Below are positions 27,410-37,128 of a DNA stretch of 64,000 bases, piece after piece; the first letter of the stretch is position 1, and each line of letters opens with the position of its first letter. A program made the translations under genes and the position numbers. The notes under the pieces are model-generated. The model was not told where the DNA came from and ran no database searches. It saw only the letters and a list, made by a program, of their open reading frames with translations. The DNA is from a virus. Location: the IMG/VR virus record IMGVR_UViG_3300034069_001614; one strand, given 5' to 3'.

Positions 27410-30400
27410 CTATACGTTTAATAACATCTTTAGTGAGCGCTCCACTGTATCGCGCTCAACCGGTGTTCTAGATTGAGCAGCAATATCCTGATCAGTAAAA
27501 CGAGCAGGATCACGGTTAAACTCATCTGCTGTGACAGGCGTGGGTAGATCTTCATGATTTACCATCTGGCGCACCAGGGTTAAATCGGATTCGATAAGCT
27601 TGCGTAAAGAAGGATCACGCTGAAGCTTGAGAGCTTTTTCTAGCTCCTCAATTTTGCCACGAACCTTTAACTGATGCTCTTCAGACAATTTAGATTTATT
27701 AGGCTGACCAGGAGTGATATAACTAAGTACCGTACCAGGCTTGATTCCGTATAGATCAAGATGCTTACCATGAAGAATAAACCACATAGCTAACAACCAT
27801 GCGATGACAGTATCATCGTTTCCCCCAGCTGCGTGATCAACTCTGTTGTTGCGCAAGGTCAATGTGTTGAGTTCTTGAATCAATGTTTGATCTTTAACGC
27901 GCGACGCAGCCTGTGACGTAGCTTCCATTAACGTTGATCCATAAAGCTGATCACGTTTTGCTTTATCGGTCTTGAAACCAAAAAAACGTTTCACCGATGT
28001 GTCCAAAAGCGACATGTCTCTGATGTCGACATTTGCAAATTCTTGTTCATGACGCTCTGATACAACACGGTTGTAGATTCTGATAAAAGGATTGTGTGAT
28101 GCTTTTCGTAATCCAAGGGAAACAATGTCAATAAGCGATGTTCCAGAACTCTTGTTTTCTGGAACCCAGATCATTTTAGGGAACATCAACAACAGCTTGT
28201 TGATCATGGCACCAACAACATTGATGTTACCAACAGTTGTTCTAAAGGTAAAAACAGTTTCTAAAGAACGAGGATCGATACCCACCAGTGTGGTTGCATC
28301 GCGGTCAATCATTTCAGAAGAATCACAACCCACCACAATAGGACGATCTCTGAATTGTTGAGAACTAACTACTTCTTTACTAAGATACCAGTAAATCACA
28401 AAGCCTTCATGAAGAAATTGGATATGATCTACTTCTTCTTGTGACCTGTTAATAGTTGCCAAAACTTCTTTTGAAATAATGGGTTTGTCAGCAATCGATA
28501 CTCGACGATTGAGGTAATCCCTCATGGTCTGTTCGGGGGTCATTCGATTACGTCTAATTTTCTCACGTAACCAATTATTATCTTTACCTAGTTGAAGATG
28601 TGAAAATTGGCCCAAAATCATTTTTTGTGGTGAAGAAGCTTCAACAATCTGATGGAGTTTTTCATTGTTTTCTACATCGTATAACGACTCAGCAAACGGC
28701 ATTGCCCCATCAAGAATCGCCATTGCTTCTTTACACTCAATCGTAGATGGGTCACCTGCAGTTGTTGTGAGAATGTTAGAATGGGGCTTCCCATTCTTTT
28801 TGGCATTTTCTCTGGCTGTACCCGTTGATGCCATCGCGATGGGGTAAGACGTTCCTACGTTAGAAAAAAATTCAGCCTCGTCCCAATGTGTTACAGGGAG
28901 TGAAGCACCACGCGCTTGTTTATCTGCAGCTGCTTTTTCTTTCTGAGCCACAAAAGTTACATAGTGAGTTTTTAACTGAGCGTAGTAAATTTCTTCAGCA
29001 TTAGCTTTATCTTTGTACCGGTCTGCAATAAGCCACCACTTGGGAAGGTTCTCACCAAAAGATTTGACGCGTTTGACATTCTCACGACGCAAATTATCAT
29101 CTTTATTGAATCCACCAATGGTAAATTCAGATCCTGACGAATATAAGATCCAAGAGAGTAGACTTAACGCGCAAACGGTATTGTGAGTAACAATAAAATC
29201 ATCAGTAATATACAAATGATCAGGATGATCAACTTCGATACACTGAGCTTCCCATTCGCCGATCGACTCAACGGCTTTGATGCCCAGTTTCAGTTTACCT
29301 GCAAATTTATAACAGTCTGAGATTTTATCAAGTTTGCGAGGAAGTCGAAAGAGAGATTTTGGATTGTCAATTTTGATACGAAGAATGTAAGCAGTTCTTC
29401 CTTCTCGTTTCTCACCGTTGTGAGTATAACAAGTTTTCTTGTCCTTTATCCGACATACACCTCCCAAACTACGAACAAGATATTGAACTTGATGAGCAAG
29501 ATTCAGACTAGTGGTGCAGAAAGAAGGAGACCCTCCTTTGATTTCGCTAGCTCCATCGACAGTACCATCGGTGTCCATAAGACCTTGAAGCAAAGCAATT
29601 TTCTGTGCAGTAGAACCTTCCATGTACTGGACAGGGATAGTCTTTTCATAGCTAAGTTTGTCCAGATTTAAGGATCTGATGGTTTGTAGAAAAGGAGAGA
29701 ATCTACCAGCAGGAGTTCTCGATCTATCAACGATGCGCCAATCTACACCAGAATCGTATACCAATTCTACATCTGTAGGAAGAAGCCTTCTGAGCTCATC
29801 AAGAATAAAATTATCTTTGCTAGAAATACGAGCGCCATTGGTAAGACCACCGTCACCAATAAGAGCGCCAACGACGTATGGATCGAGAGGAAGATCAACA
29901 TCTTCTTTAATTTCAGGCTGGACAAGCGGGACGAATAATCCAGCTTCAGTGCTAGGATGTTTTTCCATCCGATTCATTATTTCGCGAAGAGTAATAACCC
30001 TCCATTGATTATCTTCTGGAGTCCAGTAACGATTATAAACCTTCCATAGGTGATCATCACAACAGTCGGTCCAACGACCATCTTCAAAGTAAACGCGATA
30101 AATTGGTTTCTTTCCTTGAGGATACACACCGACAACATCGGAGGTTCCTCCATCAGGAATCACAACTTTGTCGCCGACTTGCATATCACCCATTCTTTTC
30201 CAACCTTTAGGGGTTTGAATAAGAGAGTCAAGTCTTTGTGCTTTTCCCAATTGTCGGGGAACCATAGCAGTGTAATCAATTCCATTAAGAAAACACCATG
30301 TCATTGCACAGCTACTGCGATCTAGACGGAAAGGAATCGGAGTACCTCCCTGTTCGTAGATGCGAATACATTCGCGATGCCAGTACCATGCATTACGTCT

Positions 30401-30643
30401 AGATTCTATCATTACCTTTGTGCGAAGAATCTCATTTTCAGGCGTATCTTCTTCTAAATCATAGACATCGACGTTTTTAAGATCTGGATCATATAAAGCA
30501 AGCATAAACGCATAGTTCTTAACACCCATGCGTTTAAGCAATTGTGCTGTTCTTAAAAAAGAAGTATTTTTAGTAGTGATATGGGGGATAGCTTTTAAGT
30601 TACCTTTATCATCCTTCCAATCTTTTTGAAAAAGAATAGACAT
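27410..30643 (-). CDS. terL: terminase large subunit (phiKZ gp25-like), intein-containing
   Basis: Walker A PRQLGK|T, Walker B HWDEAEF, RNaseH VVGCDSS and DDTVIAW. Confidence 0.93.
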   Translation of the reverse strand: MSILFQKDWKDDKGNLKAIPHITTKNTSFLRTAQLLKRMGVKNYAFMLALYDPDLKNVDVYDLEEDTPENEILRTKVMIESRRNAWYWHRECIRIYEQGGTPIPFRLDRSSCAMTWCFLNGIDYTAMVPRQLGKAQRLDSLIQTPKGWKRMGDMQVGDKVVIPDGGTSDVVGVYPQGKKPIYRVYFEDGRWTDCCDDHLWKVYNRYWTPEDNQWRVITLREIMNRMEKHPSTEAGLFVPLVQPEIKEDVDLPLDPYVVGALIGDGGLTNGARISSKDNFILDELRRLLPTDVELVYDSGVDWRIVDRSRTPAGRFSPFLQTIRSLNLDKLSYEKTIPVQYMEGSTAQKIALLQGLMDTDGTVDGASEIKGGSPSFCTTSLNLAHQVQYLVRSLGGVCRIKDKKTCYTHNGEKREGRTAYILRIKIDNPKSLFRLPRKLDKISDCYKFAGKLKLGIKAVESIGEWEAQCIEVDHPDHLYITDDFIVTHNTVCALSLLSWILYSSGSEFTIGGFNKDDNLRRENVKRVKSFGENLPKWWLIADRYKDKANAEEIYYAQLKTHYVTFVAQKEKAAADKQARGASLPVTHWDEAEFFSNVGTSYPIAMASTGTARENAKKNGKPHSNILTTTAGDPSTIECKEAMAILDGAMPFAESLYDVENNEKLHQIVEASSPQKMILGQFSHLQLGKDNNWLREKIRRNRMTPEQTMRDYLNRRVSIADKPIISKEVLATINRSQEEVDHIQFLHEGFVIYWYLSKEVVSSQQFRDRPIVVGCDSSEMIDRDATTLVGIDPRSLETVFTFRTTVGNINVVGAMINKLLLMFPKMIWVPENKSSGTSLIDIVSLGLRKASHNPFIRIYNRVVSERHEQEFANVDIRDMSLLDTSVKRFFGFKTDKAKRDQLYGSTLMEATSQAASRVKDQTLIQELNTLTLRNNRVDHAAGGNDDTVIAWLLAMWFILHGKHLDLYGIKPGTVLSYITPGQPNKSKLSEEHQLKVRGKIEELEKALKLQRDPSLRKLIESDLTLVRQMVNHEDLPTPVTADEFNRDPARFTDQDIAAQSRTPVERDTVERSLKMLLNV
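29180..30241 (-). mobile_element. class-3-type intein with LAGLIDADG endonuclease in TerL (354 aa)
   Basis: GK|AQRLDS...IVTHN|T; DHLW, QCIEV, THN; GALIGDG, LQGLMDTDG. Confidence 0.93.
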
Positions 30644-30646
30644 ACA

Positions 30647-31492
30647 TTACTCTTTCATTTTTGTACAAGGGGTAAACAGAGCATCTTCAACGGACCACCC
30701 ATATTTCTTAATACGGCAAGTAAGCACTGCGTACGGAACATCTGTAAGAAGACTCAATTCTGTCATATTGTAGCAGTGATGTTCATAGGGTATCGTTCTG
30801 TTATCGTAATCGTGGCTTAAAATATGTCCGGCTTCCCAACTTTGGGCATATCGATATTTTGCAACAGGAAGAGGTAATTTATTAATTTCAGCAAAAACAC
30901 TAAGTTCCAAATATTTACTGTTTCCCATTGCTACAACACTGTTCTCTGGTACAGTTTCTCTATATTTACGACTTCTTCTGGTGTTATTCATTTGAACTTT
31001 ACGAGTTTCCCATCCGCAATTACTCGGTTCATAATCACCATCCAAGTTGTATCGTTCAATGGTTCCTCCGGGAGGCCTAGGACCCATGTCATCGCAAAAG
31101 TTTTGATAACCTACACTTCGAGGTTTTGCAGCCCATCGATCACATAGTTTTGTGGGTCGGGGCTTTTTTCCACCATAATTACAAAATGCTTTACATTTAG
31201 GGTTAAAAATTCGCTGTAATATATCGGTATAGACGCTGTATCTGGGATCTCGCGATTTCGCGTTTCTACCTGTTCTAGCTATAACTTGTTCACGATTTTC
31301 GTAATAGTACTTTTTACGTCGTTGCGATTCTTGTTCTTTTCTACCTAAATATTTAATGCGATTGTATTCGAGTACACAAGGTTTACAAATGGGATTGCTG
31401 TTGATATCCCGGTAACGGGGTCCTTGACATTTTGGACATGGTTCCGGAGATTGGGTACGGATTTTTCTGGACATATAAGTTCCTTTATTCAT
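30647..31492 (-). CDS. free-standing HNH-type homing endonuclease
   Basis: NYGG...CDRW...F.DDMGPRP..TIER...GDYEPSNCGW...QMNN; N-terminal CxxC pairs. Confidence 0.85.
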   Translation of the reverse strand: MNKGTYMSRKIRTQSPEPCPKCQGPRYRDINSNPICKPCVLEYNRIKYLGRKEQESQRRKKYYYENREQVIARTGRNAKSRDPRYSVYTDILQRIFNPKCKAFCNYGGKKPRPTKLCDRWAAKPRSVGYQNFCDDMGPRPPGGTIERYNLDGDYEPSNCGWETRKVQMNNTRRSRKYRETVPENSVVAMGNSKYLELSVFAEINKLPLPVAKYRYAQSWEAGHILSHDYDNRTIPYEHHCYNMTELSLLTDVPYAVLTCRIKKYGWSVEDALFTPCTKMKE

Positions 31493-31549
31493 GATATAAC
31501 AAAAGAAATTATCTTTTTTATTTCATCAGTATGCAACGACCGCAATAGA

Positions 31550-31581
31550 AGACATAGGAGGCTTTAAAGCCTCCTATGTCT
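31550..31581 (-). terminator. terminator hairpin
   Basis: 14-bp perfect stem. Confidence 0.75.
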
Positions 31582-31589
31582 AATATACT

Positions 31590-32228
31590 CTATTCTGTTA
31601 TAAAACGAGACTCAGGTACCACGACATGAGCACCACGGTTGAGTGAACTGCCTTCCTCGGTAGTAAGGATGTTCTTCTCCACCGCTGATTCAATTAGCCA
31701 TTTGTAGAAATCGTGCATGGCTCGGTAGGATGCTGATACATCCTGCTCACGCTGAAGCACATAGGAGGGAATAAACAAAGCTCCCTCAGAACCCTTGTTA
31801 ATCTTATCTGCCAGGAGATAGAAATAGGCAGAGGTGTCAAACACGATGGTGTCGAGATGAACCTCTAGAGTAGCAGGTGTTGCCACTAGGGCACTCATCA
31901 CGTTGATCAAGCCAAAAAGCGGTGTATCACTTTCTAGCGACAGAATCGTTAAGTGGATATGGTCGGTTTCCTTTAAGCTCGACAGCCACATGGAGAGTGC
32001 TTGACAATAAGGCGAATGATCCCAAGTCTTGCACACATAAATAGTGACATAGAACAAACCATTTTCACTAGCGATGTTGACCGGTTTAAACGGAACATTG
32101 TCACCAGGTCTAGCTTGTCCCTGAGCCAGATCCTGATCAAGAGATTCCAAGCCAATACCGGTGTTATCATCAATGGTGATGAGATCATCACCCCATGCTT
32201 CGATAGCAATTGCTTCTCTAGCAATCAT
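31590..32228 (-). CDS. degenerate ClpP-fold protein with GLES-type propeptide
   Basis: aligns by eye to ClpP domain of neighbour (ETDHIHL, LTTEE) but lacks catalytic Ser/His. Confidence 0.6.
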   Translation of the reverse strand: MIAREAIAIEAWGDDLITIDDNTGIGLESLDQDLAQGQARPGDNVPFKPVNIASENGLFYVTIYVCKTWDHSPYCQALSMWLSSLKETDHIHLTILSLESDTPLFGLINVMSALVATPATLEVHLDTIVFDTSAYFYLLADKINKGSEGALFIPSYVLQREQDVSASYRAMHDFYKWLIESAVEKNILTTEEGSSLNRGAHVVVPESRFITE

Positions 32229-33388
32229 TAGTTCTGCTCCCTTCCCGAGATAGCACCGACACGAGCAATCGCTTCTCTGCCAGAAATGTAAATGTCAGCT
32301 GATTTATCAATCATATCACTTACCTCTTCCTGGGTAAACAACCCGATCTTGACAATGCGCGCCAGCTTATCGGTGATATAGTTTACCGCAAAAATCGCTT
32401 TAGCTGAAATGTCGGTAGTTTTACCAGCCAGAAGCTGCGAGCTCATGTGTTGCATGAAATAAGAACCAGGACGAATATGACGTTCGTGTCCTGCTGCCCA
32501 GATCGCCGTTGCAGCAGAAGCTACACCACCTTCGGCGTAAGTGATGACCTTTGCCTTGGTGCGATTAATAGCAGAGATAATCCTTCCCATCAAGACAACT
32601 GAACCACCAGGACATGCAAGATGGATATGACAGGTATCCGTCTCTCTAGCGAGTTCTAGTAACCGGCACAGAGTATCGACGGTGTTCGTCCATGCTCGCA
32701 TATCCAAAGGCGAATACATGACGAGATGATAGTTAAACTCACCAGGCGTCGAACAGACGGTTTTAATACGAGGACCATTGACTACATCAGGTAAAGCGAT
32801 GATCACACCACCTGCTTCATCCCTGGGCGCAGGACGGTCTTGATTGGGTTTAACAAAAGGAACGATGCCAGCAACTTCTACTGAAGTAACACCATCTCTT
32901 TTATACTCAAATGCAGGCTTAAGTGAGGAACCATCACTTTTTAACCATGATAAGAAAGCATCATTGGTAAAACTGGTAATAACACCGAGACGATCTTTAC
33001 CTGATCCATCGCCGAAAACCGACTCATAGGTCATCTGGACTTCATCACTAGATCCAAAGCCGAGCATGACTTTATGTTCATCAAACTGACCACTAGCGAC
33101 ATTGACCTGATCGATAACGAAGATAGGATCAGTATCACTAGCGTAGGAGGAAAGATACATATCGATCTCCTCACCATGCGCATCGGTCGTGCCTAGAATA
33201 AAACCATAAGCAGAAGGCATGACACCATCAACATTATAGCCATCTTTAGAAATCTTGGTGCGAGTGTCACCGGCAAGAAATTCGATAACGATGGTAAGGC
33301 CTTGAAACGTGTAGGGCTTATCTTTCTCCCAGTCGATATGATTATTAGGAAGAGGACTGACAGGACTAGTGAGATCACGCTGACGCAT
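32228..33388 (-). CDS. inorganic-pyrophosphatase-like domain fused to ClpP-like serine protease
   Basis: YGFILGT.DAHGEEID...DQ...FDEHKVMLGF (InPase); CPGGSV...VASAATAIWAAG...FMQH (ClpP). Confidence 0.85.
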   Translation of the reverse strand: MRQRDLTSPVSPLPNNHIDWEKDKPYTFQGLTIVIEFLAGDTRTKISKDGYNVDGVMPSAYGFILGTTDAHGEEIDMYLSSYASDTDPIFVIDQVNVASGQFDEHKVMLGFGSSDEVQMTYESVFGDGSGKDRLGVITSFTNDAFLSWLKSDGSSLKPAFEYKRDGVTSVEVAGIVPFVKPNQDRPAPRDEAGGVIIALPDVVNGPRIKTVCSTPGEFNYHLVMYSPLDMRAWTNTVDTLCRLLELARETDTCHIHLACPGGSVVLMGRIISAINRTKAKVITYAEGGVASAATAIWAAGHERHIRPGSYFMQHMSSQLLAGKTTDISAKAIFAVNYITDKLARIVKIGLFTQEEVSDMIDKSADIYISGREAIARVGAISGREQN

Positions 33389-34298
33389 GGCTTAGATTTC
33401 CTTTGTTGTCTTTAGCATCAAAGTTTCTAGAAGTAAGGATAAGAGCTCTTTCAACAGCGTTGTTAATGTCAGAAAGAAAAACAGCATTTCTTTCTATCAA
33501 GAAAAAACCAAAATTCATTACCTCTAGTGTTTTAACATAAGTAAATTTTTCTTTGTTTTGAGACTGTAAAACTTTGTTCTTTCGATAGATAAGATTTAGT
33601 CTTTTCCACAATCCTTCAATCTCTACATATCGCTTTTCTGATTGAACAAGTGTTTTATGAATTTCGTCCTCATTCGACTTAAATTCCCTAACAGCTTGCT
33701 TAAAATTATCAGATGTCCAGCCAGAAACAGAAAAAGGCACAACGCCTGTCGTATTAGAATGTTCCCATTTCAGAGATTTTAGCTCTTGGCGATCATGTAG
33801 TACATCATCGGTTTTGATAGCAATCTGCTCATCATGAAGCTTATTCCATCCAGCAATATCAGCCGATTTTGGAACCAATGCAAGCGCCCGTTGCATCAGT
33901 CGAAAAGCTTTCTTTCTAACAGCTAGCAGGGTCACAATTTCATCATGGCGTCTGGTATGACTATTCTTATCATTGATCACTAAGTTTGCCGACGAAACCT
34001 TATCTAGTTGTTTACTAGGATGTTCACCGACATAACCAATATTCGATAACCTTCCAACGATGGCTTCTTTAATGTTTGTCCCTAATCCCTCTAATGCTAA
34101 ATCAAAAGCTGGATCATTGTTGATTTGATCAAGAATCTCCAGATGCTGACTAAACATATCCAACGATTCAAAGCCAGCAAAACTATCGTAATTAACAAAA
34201 GCAATGAGCTGGGGATCAGGACCTAACTCATCTGTGATATTGATGTACGCTTGACCGAGCTTTACTTGTTTAAGTAGATTGTCAGTGTCGTAAATCAT
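33375..34298 (-). CDS. putative internal head protein with propeptide
   Basis: N-term paralogous to 35250..36125; GFES and ALEG sites. Confidence 0.65.
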   Translation of the reverse strand: MIYDTDNLLKQVKLGQAYINITDELGPDPQLIAFVNYDSFAGFESLDMFSQHLEILDQINNDPAFDLALEGLGTNIKEAIVGRLSNIGYVGEHPSKQLDKVSSANLVINDKNSHTRRHDEIVTLLAVRKKAFRLMQRALALVPKSADIAGWNKLHDEQIAIKTDDVLHDRQELKSLKWEHSNTTGVVPFSVSGWTSDNFKQAVREFKSNEDEIHKTLVQSEKRYVEIEGLWKRLNLIYRKNKVLQSQNKEKFTYVKTLEVMNFGFFLIERNAVFLSDINNAVERALILTSRNFDAKDNKGNLSHASA

Positions 34299-34300
34299 CT

Positions 34301-35158
34301 TTAGATTTCCTTGAAGAAGTCGTTAAAGATCGATTTCCTATAAAGATTAGGAAAGCGCTGGGAAAGGCTAGGATCAGGCGTGACAATCGTCGTCGACTGG
34401 ATAATCCGGTGGATATCAGAGGTACCAAAGATCTCGTTAAGTTCACTATTAGAAATAGATTCTAAAGCAATCTGATCGATCTTAAGATTACCATTCTCCA
34501 TAACCGTCATTTCGCAATCGAGAAACTGATCTCCTGCAAATGATTCTAAGCCAAGCGCATGGGCCTTGTCACTTCCGAAAAAACCCGAAGCCCCCACAGT
34601 ATCAAACGTAACTAATGAACGCACATTACGATATTTACGACCGTTGGATTCCACTTTCGTATCAACATATGCTCTTAAAGAAAAAGCGGTATTGACAACA
34701 GGATCTTCAAGACTTTCTTTAAACACAGCCCCGTATGGCCCAGTTGGTTTAAGATCAGCTCGCAATACCACAGTGCCATCGCGAGAAGGAGAATCGGTGT
34801 AGAAACTGGTAAACAAATGTGACGTTGTTTTCTCATCTACGGTAGTAAGCCGCTGAATCTTCTCACTGTCATTAGCAAAGCCTTGACCAATAAAAGAAGG
34901 ATGTCCATACTCGCCAAGAAGCTTTCCTTGTTTTAGGACAATATTAAAACGACTAGTTGGAGATGTTATCTGATCCATCACTGATTGAGGATCGTAGTAG
35001 GTATTTTGTTGAGTTGTTTCCCCCAACGTCATCATTGGTAAACCGGAGTATACCCCGTTCGCATCACAGCGCAAACGCCCTACTCGGTTGTTCTTCCCAA
35101 CAAACGTACTTTCTGCCCTGAAACTTAGGTTGCGAGGAATAGATGGATTGATCGGCAT
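34301..35158 (-). CDS. prohead maturation protease (phiKZ gp175-like)
   Basis: LGEYGHP, AFSLR, VTFDTV; C-terminal GLES/ALES autocleavage-type sites. Confidence 0.9.
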   Translation of the reverse strand: MPINPSIPRNLSFRAESTFVGKNNRVGRLRCDANGVYSGLPMMTLGETTQQNTYYDPQSVMDQITSPTSRFNIVLKQGKLLGEYGHPSFIGQGFANDSEKIQRLTTVDEKTTSHLFTSFYTDSPSRDGTVVLRADLKPTGPYGAVFKESLEDPVVNTAFSLRAYVDTKVESNGRKYRNVRSLVTFDTVGASGFFGSDKAHALGLESFAGDQFLDCEMTVMENGNLKIDQIALESISNSELNEIFGTSDIHRIIQSTTIVTPDPSLSQRFPNLYRKSIFNDFFKEI

Positions 35159-35185
35159 GTAAAAACCCTTGCTATAAAGGAGGAG

Positions 35186-35198
35186 ATCATAAGATTTG
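35186..35198 (-). promoter_or_regulatory. putative late promoter CAAATCTTATGAT
   Basis: TATG core; identical 13-mer at 44222. Confidence 0.5.
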
Positions 35199-35218
35199 AT
35201 AAAAAAGAAACAAGACCA

Positions 35219-35244
35219 GATAAGGAGGCGTAAGCCTCCCTATC
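35219..35244 (-). terminator. terminator hairpin with G-U pair
   Basis: GATAGGGAGGC/GCCTCCTTATC on minus strand, T-rich tail. Confidence 0.65.
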
Positions 35245-35249
35245 CCTAG

Positions 35250-36125
35250 TTATTTCTTTTCAAGATTGTGCGAGACTTTCGTCAGCAACGATTTAACATC
35301 ACCAAGAATACTAGTTGACGTACTCATCGAACGACGTGACTCAGCCACGGACTTTGAAATGTAAGATTTGGTCTTACCTTCAGCTTTATCAGCAGCACCC
35401 AATGCATTGGCAACATGATCAAATTTTTCAGCTTGTTTCTTAGCAGAAGCTTCTATCTTTCCACAAGCAACCGTGTACCATTGAGCAGCATTAGTGTATT
35501 TTTCAGCAGTCCAACCAGATTTGTCAAAATTGGAGTTAGTTGATGTAAGTTTATCCAATAGATCATCAACATCGCTCTCCCAACCACCACCTGGATTAAA
35601 GACATGATCGTCGGTAAACTTAGCCCATGCCTTTTCATCAATGGTGGAAGGAATAGCTGTGGTAAACGTATCCTCCATTCGAAACGCGAGTTCGAACGCT
35701 TTGGTTAAGGTCACAAAATTGGTAACAGGAGGAGTAGCCTTAGCATTAGCAATAACACCCAGTGCACCAACACCTAACAGCGGCAAGGCTGCAGCCCCAC
35801 CTGTAACGGCCAGAATGGCACCTCCACCTAGTAACCATTTGCGATACTTGATAACCGTGTCTTTAAGGCCTTCAGTGGCCAGACTATCAAGAGCATCAGG
35901 ATTAAGATTAGACAAGAGGAATTGATGCTGGTCAAGTAGATCGAGCGATTCCAGCCCCAGACCTACATGCTCTTCCAGTGAGTTGTCATAATTGACAAAC
36001 AAGAGAAGCTGTTTGGAGGGACCATATTGCTTGGTAATATCGATATACGCTATAGCCATATCACGTTCACGTAGCGTATTATCGACTTGCTCAAGCTGGG
36101 TTTCGATGTCGTTGAACTCTGACAT
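35250..36125 (-). CDS. putative internal head protein with propeptide and hydrophobic segment
   Basis: AAGGA RBS MSEFND; GLES, ATEG; GGGAILAVTGGAAALPLLGVGALG. Confidence 0.7.
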   Translation of the reverse strand: MSEFNDIETQLEQVDNTLRERDMAIAYIDITKQYGPSKQLLLFVNYDNSLEEHVGLGLESLDLLDQHQFLLSNLNPDALDSLATEGLKDTVIKYRKWLLGGGAILAVTGGAAALPLLGVGALGVIANAKATPPVTNFVTLTKAFELAFRMEDTFTTAIPSTIDEKAWAKFTDDHVFNPGGGWESDVDDLLDKLTSTNSNFDKSGWTAEKYTNAAQWYTVACGKIEASAKKQAEKFDHVANALGAADKAEGKTKSYISKSVAESRRSMSTSTSILGDVKSLLTKVSHNLEKK

Positions 36126-36138
36126 ATTGTTATCCTTG

Positions 36139-36318
36139 TTAAGATTTGATGTTTTTGATTCGTTGATGGTCACCAGTGACGCGCGAGATATATTCTACAT
36201 TGCGTTCAATGGATTGCGCGGCGGCTTTGAAACGATCTCCTTTTCCTTCACTAGGAATGGGAACATCCAATCCTCCTAAATAGAAGTTCATTAGTAGAAA
36301 TGATTTCTTAACACCCAT
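36139..36318 (-). CDS. small hypothetical protein (59 aa)
   Basis: manual translation MGVKKSFLLMNFYLGG...IKNIKS; fills the gap. Confidence 0.5.
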   Translation of the reverse strand: MGVKKSFLLMNFYLGGLDVPIPSEGKGDRFKAAAQSIERNVEYISRVTGDHQRIKNIKS

Positions 36319-36321
36319 GAT

Positions 36322-37080
36322 CTATGCCTCTATATCGTTAGCTTGGTTAGACATTGCTGAACTCACGCCCCGGAGAATATTTTCGAAGGGCTGTGGTTGA
36401 TCCACTTCATAGCGAAGAGCTGACGTTAGGCCATCGGACGAATATGATCCATTAAGTCTGGCAATGGTACCAGTGGGACCTTGACTGATACTCTTTAGGG
36501 CAATCAGTTTAAAAGGTTCACTCATATCGGTGAGACGGTATTGTTTGGAGATATTGTTCCGGTCTCTCGAAATATGGGCAATGATTCCTTCAAACACGGA
36601 GCGTGATACACCGATCCCTTGACCTGTTAATTCACGCACGTGTTGAAAGATCGCCAGGAGAGACGAATAGGTCCAGTAGTAAGGAATCTTACCTGCTGTA
36701 ATAAACTCAGACCATACACAGTAAACAACATTAGAATCTTGAATGATTCTGGTGTTGCTGATAAAGACATCATTGTTGTTTAAAAACAAGGTGATATAAT
36801 CGATACCTTGATAAGAAAACTTACCCATGTCTGATGGATAGATAGAAATCTGTCCTAGAATGTTTAACCCAACATGGTAGGTGTCATCGATGATAAGATC
36901 GCACATACCAAGCGTGGTGACAAACTCACCCACCGACAACATGCCATATTTAGCAAAGCCTGCAGGGATGCGAACCTCTAAGCGTTTACCGGTAAAGATC
37001 TTAGAACCATCAGGCAAATCAGTAAAATAAGCTTTCACAGAATCAATCGGTTGCAAAGGAGTGCTGTAAGGAGACATCAA
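36322..37080 (-). CDS. phiKZ-like conserved virion structural protein
   Basis: EVRIP..F...GKIPYY...RLNGSY.DGLTSAL; recalled family, not verified. Confidence 0.6.
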   Translation of the reverse strand: MMSPYSTPLQPIDSVKAYFTDLPDGSKIFTGKRLEVRIPAGFAKYGMLSVGEFVTTLGMCDLIIDDTYHVGLNILGQISIYPSDMGKFSYQGIDYITLFLNNNDVFISNTRIIQDSNVVYCVWSEFITAGKIPYYWTYSSLLAIFQHVRELTGQGIGVSRSVFEGIIAHISRDRNNISKQYRLTDMSEPFKLIALKSISQGPTGTIARLNGSYSSDGLTSALRYEVDQPQPFENILRGVSSAMSNQANDIEA

Positions 37081-37128
37081 TATTCAACCCGTCAAGCTTA
37101 GGTAAATCATAGAATTCATGTCTCCTTT

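Noticed and set aside
29205-31223. TATATTAC copies at 29205 and 31216
   Set aside because: Inside coding sequence with no nearby start; likely incidental
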